A stretch of 64,000 nt of DNA from positions 2,559-66,558 of the forward strand of contig CAXBLZ010000005.1 in NCBI GenBank assembly GCA_963976735.1. The letters run 5' to 3'. The stretch comes from an uncultured Halioglobus sp. GTDB lineage: Bacteria; Pseudomonadota; Gammaproteobacteria; Pseudomonadales; Halieaceae. The position numbers and the translations under genes are program-made. Below are positions 58,738-64,000 of this stretch, one piece after another. The stretch's first letter is position 1, and every line of letters starts with the position of its first letter. Below the pieces are notes generated by a model. That model saw only the letters and a program-made list of their open reading frames with translations, made no database searches and was not told where the DNA came from.

Positions 58738-59717
58738 GCAGCATCCTTGTGGCGATAGTGTCGGTTGGGTATCTGTAGCACGCCCGCAATGGTGCCCAGG
58801 TTGTCCGCAATACGCAGTGCGTGAGGTACCCAAGCGCTGCTTTTGCGGCCGGCGCTGGCGAGCATACGCAGCAGGTACCAGGCGATACGCCCTGCGGATT
58901 TCAGCGTCAGGCGCAGGGCGATACGCAGCGCGTCGAGGTTGGAGCGGGATTTCAGGCGCCGTTTCACAAAGTACTTCACGCAGCCTCGGCGATAGGACTC
59001 TCGCCACATATAGGACAAGTTGGCGCGTTCGGCCGGAATCCACTCGCTGACCTGTGCCGCATTGGCCCAGGCGAACCGATAGCCGCACTGTTTCAGCGAC
59101 TGAAACAGCAGTTTGTCCTCGCCGCCACTGAGCGCCAGGGCCGGCTCAAATGACAGGCCTGATGGGCCGAGCAAATCGGCTCGCACCAGCACATTGCAGG
59201 TCGCAGCCGGAGGGTCCGGGTCCAGGTCGCACAGGCTCGCCCCGTTTTCAGGTTTTATGAAAAAGCCACTGGCTTTTATCCAGTCCGGTGTCTGGGGCGG
59301 AAAGACGGGCGTGGTGGGCCCGACGATGATGTCAGCGCCGCTGCGGGTCTGGGCATCCAGTAACTGGTCCAGCCAATCGGGTGCCGGCACCTCGTCGTCA
59401 TCGATCATGGCGATAAAATCTGTGTCCGGTGCCACAGCGGCCAGCGCCGTGTTGCGGGCGTAGGATATGCCGGGCCGCGGTTCGTGCAGGTATTGCAGGG
59501 GCCAGCGCGTTGTCTGCGCTGCACAGGTTGCAGCGGCCGAGCCGGTGGGCGAATTGTCGACCACAATGAGTTGCACGCGGGGCTGTGGTGTGACGGTAAA
59601 GGTCTGGCCGTCGAGCCCTGCCAGCAGGCGTTGCAAGCCGTCGGGACGCATAAACGTGCAGATACAGATGGCTAGTGAGCTGTGTGTAGGCTCAGGAATA
59701 GGTTGCTCCGTTTGCAT
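58731..59717 (-). CDS. Glycosyltransferase family 2 (ExoM-like)
   Basis: CICTFMRP, VVDN, GISYARN, MIDDDE (DxD), GGED. ATG 59717. Confidence 0.92.
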   Translation of the reverse strand: MQTEQPIPEPTHSSLAICICTFMRPDGLQRLLAGLDGQTFTVTPQPRVQLIVVDNSPTGSAAATCAAQTTRWPLQYLHEPRPGISYARNTALAAVAPDTDFIAMIDDDEVPAPDWLDQLLDAQTRSGADIIVGPTTPVFPPQTPDWIKASGFFIKPENGASLCDLDPDPPAATCNVLVRADLLGPSGLSFEPALALSGGEDKLLFQSLKQCGYRFAWANAAQVSEWIPAERANLSYMWRESYRRGCVKYFVKRRLKSRSNLDALRIALRLTLKSAGRIAWYLLRMLASAGRKSSAWVPHALRIADNLGTIAGVLQIPNRHYRHKDAAC

Positions 59718-59722
59718 AGAGG

Positions 59723-60655
59723 CTAGAGTTTGTGCGCCTTCGGCCAGCGCCGTTTCAGGCAGACCCACTGCTCGGGGTACTCCCTGATCCACGCTTCGAA
59801 GTGGTGGTGCACCATTTCCGTGATCGCCACAGCCTGTTCCTTGATCGGTGCATCTGGAATCGGGCTGACCAGTGGGTCGTAAACGGTTATCCGGTAACGC
59901 CCCCCCGGGAGGCGCTCGGCGCGCGACACGACGATTGCGGCCCCGGTGCGCAGCGCCAGCCCTACCGCGCTGGTATTGGTCAGCGCATCCACGCCAAAAA
60001 AGGGAATCAGTTTGCCGGTATCGGGCCGCGTATCGATCGCCATGATGATACTTTCGCCTGCGTTCAGCGCCTTGATCAGCGGCCGGGGCCCGGCGTCGGC
60101 GGCAATCAGCTTTTCTCCAAACGACTGGCGCAACTCCAGCATCAGTTCCTGCATGACCGGATTGGACTCCGGTGCGTAGATGGTGTTTATGTCGAAACCG
60201 AACTGCCGTGTCACCAGTGCCGCGACTTGCCAGGCGCCCACGTGGGCCGTCATGAACACGGTAGCGCGCTTGCTCTGCATATGTTTGAGGGCCTCGGGCT
60301 CGAGCACGAATTCGATGCGCTGGTCTCGCTCTTCCCAGATCTGCTGCAATTTCAGCAACTCGGCGGCGGAGTACCCGAGGTGGCGAAAAATCTCCCGGGT
60401 TGTCTGGTCTCGCCACTGCGGGGATTCGTCGGGAAACGCGATTGCCAGGTTGTCCCGGGCCTTTGCCGCTTTATCTGACACCGAGCCGACAAGCCCAAAA
60501 GCCGTCGCTGACAACCGCATGGCGTGGTCGATACTCAGCTTGCGCATCAGCCAGAAAACAAAACGGAACAGAGCCGCTTCTGCCCGCTGTGTGATAGTGA
60601 CCAGTATCGGCGCCTTGCGAGCCAGGCGCTTGGGAATCAGGTAAAACTCGGGCAC
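59723..60655 (-). CDS. LpxL/HtrB-family acyltransferase with HxxxxQ instead of HxxxxE
   Basis: NLAIAFP, TAHVGAWQ, IDTRPD..IPFFG, PEQWVCLKRRW. GTG 60655 gives an N-terminus (MPEF) parallel to its paralog (MAEF). Confidence 0.88.
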   Translation of the reverse strand: MPEFYLIPKRLARKAPILVTITQRAEAALFRFVFWLMRKLSIDHAMRLSATAFGLVGSVSDKAAKARDNLAIAFPDESPQWRDQTTREIFRHLGYSAAELLKLQQIWEERDQRIEFVLEPEALKHMQSKRATVFMTAHVGAWQVAALVTRQFGFDINTIYAPESNPVMQELMLELRQSFGEKLIAADAGPRPLIKALNAGESIIMAIDTRPDTGKLIPFFGVDALTNTSAVGLALRTGAAIVVSRAERLPGGRYRITVYDPLVSPIPDAPIKEQAVAITEMVHHHFEAWIREYPEQWVCLKRRWPKAHKL

Positions 60656-60665
60656 TCTGGTCGAC

Positions 60666-61277
60666 TCAACCCTGGCCCGGGTCGGAGCCGAATATACGGT
60701 CCCAGAGCGGGGAGCTGACTCCGTAGCGGCCACCCTCTTTAGCGTAGTGGTGCTTCAGGTGATAGTGCTTGAGAAATTTTGCCACCGGGTTGCGCATCGG
60801 GAAGTGATGGGTCGAGTAATGGATGTAGTCGTAGATCAGGTAGCCGATGATAAAAAACGCGCAAAACGGCTGAATCCACGGCTGCGGGATAAACAGGCCG
60901 AACAGCAGGTACAGCACCAGCATAATGGGAATCGCGCCAGCGGGGGGCATCACCAGGCGGGTCTTGTCCTTCGGATCATCGTGATGGTTGCCGTGGAACA
61001 GGAACACCAGCCACTTGCCCACTTTGCTGGTGGCGGGAAAGTGGAACAGATAGCGGTGCAGGCAGTACTCGGTGAGAGTCCAGGTGATAATGCCGGCGAC
61101 ACCGATCGCCAGCACCGGTAGCAGCGCCAGGTTGTACACGGCGAAGCTGCGCCAGATCAACCAGGCCGCAATGGGCCCCCACATCAGCAGTGGCGTGATG
61201 GGGTGAACATGGGACAGGCGTTCGAGAAAGTCGTTCTCGAACAGGCGTATGGATTGATGTTGTTCTTCAGGCTGCAT
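60666..61277 (-). CDS. Fatty acid hydroxylase superfamily di-iron enzyme, Scs7/FA2H-like
   Basis: EYCLHRYLFH, HGNHH..PKDKTRLVMPP, YDYIHYSTHH, LKHYHLKHHY, GVSSPLWDRIFG. Confidence 0.9.
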   Translation of the reverse strand: MQPEEQHQSIRLFENDFLERLSHVHPITPLLMWGPIAAWLIWRSFAVYNLALLPVLAIGVAGIITWTLTEYCLHRYLFHFPATSKVGKWLVFLFHGNHHDDPKDKTRLVMPPAGAIPIMLVLYLLFGLFIPQPWIQPFCAFFIIGYLIYDYIHYSTHHFPMRNPVAKFLKHYHLKHHYAKEGGRYGVSSPLWDRIFGSDPGQG

Positions 61278-62253
61278 AGGAATCCGTGTCGGCATCTGGG
61301 CCGCGCTCCTCCGTCTTGGGTAGTTTACGTTTTGGCCATATGCGTTTCGAGCAGAACCAGTCTTCCGGTTGCTGGCGTATCCAGTCCTCGAACTGCAGGT
61401 GGACCTGTTGGATCATATCGATGGCTTGGTCAGTCTCATCCGCACTGGTATTGCGGGGGCGGATGGGGGCGTGAAAGGTGACCCGGTAATGGGCATCCTG
61501 CAACCGCTCCACCTGCACGGGGACGAGGTCGCAGTTGAACTTCAGTGCCAGCTTGGCGGGCATGATGGTCGAGGGCTTGTCGAACCCAAAAAACTGCACG
61601 GGCTTGCCTTCATCCACCCGGCGATCCATCACCATGGCGGCAGTTCGCCCCTGTTTGAGTGCGCGCATCAGCAGGCGGGTGCTGTTTTCTGCCGGCAACA
61701 GTTCACAGTTGAGCGCTTCGCGGGACTCCAGCAACATACGGTCCAGTAGCGGATTGGTGGGCGGCGAGTACAGGCTGGCATTGGGAATATTCAATTTCGC
61801 CATCGCCGAGCACACCACTTCCCAGTTGCTCTGGTGGGCGGTCACGATAACGCAAGGCCTGGCAGGATTCCCGTAGGTTTCGATGGATTCGCGAATATCA
61901 ATCTGCAGGCGATCGTCCTCAGAGAGTATCGTGGCCAGGTGCGGGTACTCGGCCATCACACGCCCGGAGCGCCCCCAGGAACGGGTGACCAGGTCATCGA
62001 GTTCCGCCTCACTCAACTCGGGAAACGCGATGGCCAGGTTCGCGCGATAGATCGCTGTTTTCTTCTTCAGCTTTGGCCCTATCCAGCGACCCAGTTTTTC
62101 GCCGAAGCGGGAAGCTGTATCGACCGGCAGCAGTCGCGCCAAGCGGGTAATCGACCACACCAGCACAAAATCCAGCCGCCACAGCGCCTCTCGGAGCAGG
62201 CGATGATCGCGTGCCCATTTGCGCAATGGATTGCCGACAATAAATTCTGCCAC
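61267..62253 (-). CDS. LpxL/HtrB-family acyltransferase
   Basis: NLAIAFP, TAHQSNWE (HxxxxE), MDRRVD..VQFFG, PEDWFCSKRIW. GTG 62253 follows GAGG. Confidence 0.9.
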   Translation of the reverse strand: MAEFIVGNPLRKWARDHRLLREALWRLDFVLVWSITRLARLLPVDTASRFGEKLGRWIGPKLKKKTAIYRANLAIAFPELSEAELDDLVTRSWGRSGRVMAEYPHLATILSEDDRLQIDIRESIETYGNPARPCVIVTAHQSNWEVVCSAMAKLNIPNASLYSPPTNPLLDRMLLESREALNCELLPAENSTRLLMRALKQGRTAAMVMDRRVDEGKPVQFFGFDKPSTIMPAKLALKFNCDLVPVQVERLQDAHYRVTFHAPIRPRNTSADETDQAIDMIQQVHLQFEDWIRQQPEDWFCSKRIWPKRKLPKTEERGPDADTDSYAA

Positions 62254-62328
62254 GGTTAGCCTCACCTGAAATTTAGGATTCAACGAAAAGCAGGGCATTA
62301 TATCGCACTATAGCCGCGAGATTCGCGG

Positions 62329-63267
62329 TCAAAGTGGTGGTAATTTGAGCTGTTCCAGCCCCTCGCGCAAACCGACCACAGGTGTCCATCCGGTAGCGGC
62401 GGTAATTGCGTTGTTGTCTGTAACCCAGTCGCTGTGGCGCAGTTCGCGGACCTTGGGCGGTGTCAGCATGGGCGCATTGCCGGTGATGCCGGCCACCCGG
62501 GTGTTGAGGTTGGCGATGGCGTCGAGCAGCCACGTTGGCACGCGCACGAGGCGCACCCGCCGCGACCAGTGCTGACCGGCGATCTCAGCCATATCGTGCC
62601 AATTGTAGCCGTTGGGCTTGCCGTCGCCCACGCTTAACGGCTGGCGCAGAGCGGCGGGGCACAGCAGGCAGGCGATAATGGCCTCCACCAGATCGGATAC
62701 GTAAATCAGCGAGATACGCACCTCTGGTGAGCCGGGTACGACGGCGATACCGCGCTGCATCAGCCGAAAGATCGGCAGCATCTCCTTGTCGCCGGGACCG
62801 TACACTGCGGGCGGTCGCAGCACGGTGTACTCAATATCAACACAGTGTTCCAGCAACTGCTCGCCCTGCCATTTGCTGTGTGCGTACCAGGAAATGTTCG
62901 GCTCTCGCGCCACGATCGAGGACAGCAATAGCAGCCGCGGCCGGTGTGTCTGTGCCCGGATAGCCCTGATGACAGCGGCCGTGCCATCGACATTGACGCG
63001 ATCGAAGTCGGCCTGGCACCTGCCCCGGACGGCACCTGCGGCGTGTACCACAGCGTCGCTGTCGGCGATGAGTTGTTCGAGCGCGGTGCTGTTGGCGAGG
63101 TCTCCCTCAACAAGGGTTACGCCGGTGGCGGCAAGCTGTGTGGCTGCCGCTGGATTCCTGACCAGTGCCCGAATGCGGTAACCCCGATCCAGCAGGGACT
63201 GGCACAGGGTGGAACCGATAAACCCGGTAGCGCCGGTAACGGCGATGAGGCTGCCTTCGACGATCAG
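62329..63267 (-). CDS. NAD-dependent epimerase/dehydratase (extended SDR), CerR-like; probable CTG start
   Basis: TGATGFIG Rossmann motif lies upstream of the ORF-track start. Also VHAAG, SSIVAREP, YAHSK (YxxxK), RPPAVYGPGD. Confidence 0.88.
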   Translation of the reverse strand: MIVEGSLIAVTGATGFIGSTLCQSLLDRGYRIRALVRNPAAATQLAATGVTLVEGDLANSTALEQLIADSDAVVHAAGAVRGRCQADFDRVNVDGTAAVIRAIRAQTHRPRLLLLSSIVAREPNISWYAHSKWQGEQLLEHCVDIEYTVLRPPAVYGPGDKEMLPIFRLMQRGIAVVPGSPEVRISLIYVSDLVEAIIACLLCPAALRQPLSVGDGKPNGYNWHDMAEIAGQHWSRRVRLVRVPTWLLDAIANLNTRVAGITGNAPMLTPPKVRELRHSDWVTDNNAITAATGWTPVVGLREGLEQLKLPPL

Positions 63268-64000
63268 GCTGAAGCCACCCTCAGGCGCACTTCTTCAGCG
63301 GCGGCGTCAAGCATATCGACATCGTTGCTGTTGATGAAGTCGAGCCGTGCCTTGGCGCGGGACAACTTGCCCGATGAAGTGCGCGGCAGCGAGTGAATGG
63401 GAACCAGCTCGACATAGCAGTCCAGGCTCATCTCCATACGCACCAGGGCGGTCAGGCGACGAACCAGGTTATTGCGTTTGATCGGGTCTGTCTCGCGACA
63501 CTGTACCATCAGCACACACAGTTCCTCGCCCTCGCTGTTGGGCGCGGAGAATGCCACCGCATCACCAGCGCGCACCTCGGGCTGCGTTTCTGCCACATGC
63601 TCAAGATCCTGCGGCCAGATGTTGCGACCATGGATGATGATCAGGTCCTTCTTGCGGCCGGTAATGGTCAGTACACCGTCCACCAGGTAGCCGATATCGC
63701 CCGTGTTGAGCCAGCCGTCCTCGCTCAGTGCGTGGCTGGTTTCCTCGGGCAGGTTGAAGTAACCCGACATCACGCTGGGGCCGCGCAGGTAAATTACGCC
63801 ACTCTGCCAGTCGTCCAGTACGCGGTTGTCGTCGCGGACCTCGACTTCAAAATTGGGCATCGGGATGCCGCAGTTGACGAAATGGCGACCTCTGCCCTGG
63901 GTGTCGTCCTCATCCAGCAGCACGGCTTCGTGGTGATCTGACAGGTGATCGCTGTCGATATAGTGTGTCGTGAAGCCGGTGGACAGCGGTGAAAAGCTGA
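63264..64000 (-). CDS. Fatty acyl-AMP ligase / acyl-ACP synthetase, 3' part only (5' end beyond the window)
   Basis: Frame is open to the window edge. FVNCG.PMP, GPSVMSGYF, WLNTGDIGY, GRKKDLII..GRNIWPQDLE, PRTSSGKLSR. Confidence 0.9.
   Translation of the reverse strand, partial: SFSPLSTGFTTHYIDSDHLSDHHEAVLLDEDDTQGRGRHFVNCGIPMPNFEVEVRDDNRVLDDWQSGVIYLRGPSVMSGYFNLPEETSHALSEDGWLNTGDIGYLVDGVLTITGRKKDLIIIHGRNIWPQDLEHVAETQPEVRAGDAVAFSAPNSEGEELCVLMVQCRETDPIKRNNLVRRLTALVRMEMSLDCYVELVPIHSLPRTSSGKLSRAKARLDFINSNDVDMLDAAAEEVRLRVASA

Noticed and set aside
58731-60416. ORF-track 561-aa GT2 and 532-aa ligase lengths
   Set aside because: The N-terminal extensions run through upstream genes in other frames. 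Domain starts are at 59717 and 58737.
62329-64000. oleC-oleD (olefin/beta-lactone) interpretation of the ligase-SDR pair
   Set aside because: The ligase has FAAL-type motifs and the SDR looks CerR-like, and downstream genes are glycolipid-related. It cannot be fully excluded without the upstream sequence.

Overview
This is a GC-rich, gene-dense bacterial chromosomal window. The gene repertoire (atu genes, WS/DGAT, F420-type LLM, heteromeric acyl-CoA dehydrogenases, 7TM-DISM diguanylate cyclase) suggests a marine gammaproteobacterium, probably Halieaceae/Cellvibrionales; that assignment is inference only. It holds about 50 credible CDS and one tRNA-Val(GAC). I saw no CRISPR array, integrase or intact IS. 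From left to right: a gene fragment at a GGGGTCAG junction; an RND pump pair; an F420-type LLM plus two acyl-CoA dehydrogenases; tRNA-Val followed by a lower-GC block (Sel1 protein, radical SAM, PhyH dioxygenase, Mo-bisPGD enzyme); two PhoX-family lipoproteins; xylBA with a divergent sulfatase; nhaA; a PyrD-PyrK fusion; a PaaX-family regulator with a Rieske oxygenase; selO; an amidohydrolase; small membrane proteins; a GH64-like lipoprotein; atuA-C-E-F; an MFS pump; a GH-like protein with a divergent diguanylate cyclase; and a wax-ester/crotonase operon. The right end (54-64 kb) is the most interesting part. It encodes a fatty acyl-AMP ligase, a CerR-like reductase, a Scs7/FA2H-like hydroxylase between two LpxL-family acyltransferases, a GT2, a WaaL-like protein, two GT4s and a 2OG oxygenase. 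I interpret this as a candidate sphingolipid or glycolipid synthesis-and-decoration locus. Two genes in it appear to lack a canonical start codon (ATC and CTG). All family calls come from motif recognition by eye; no database searches were run. Start codons were adjusted from the ORF track where an RBS or the domain boundaries supported it.
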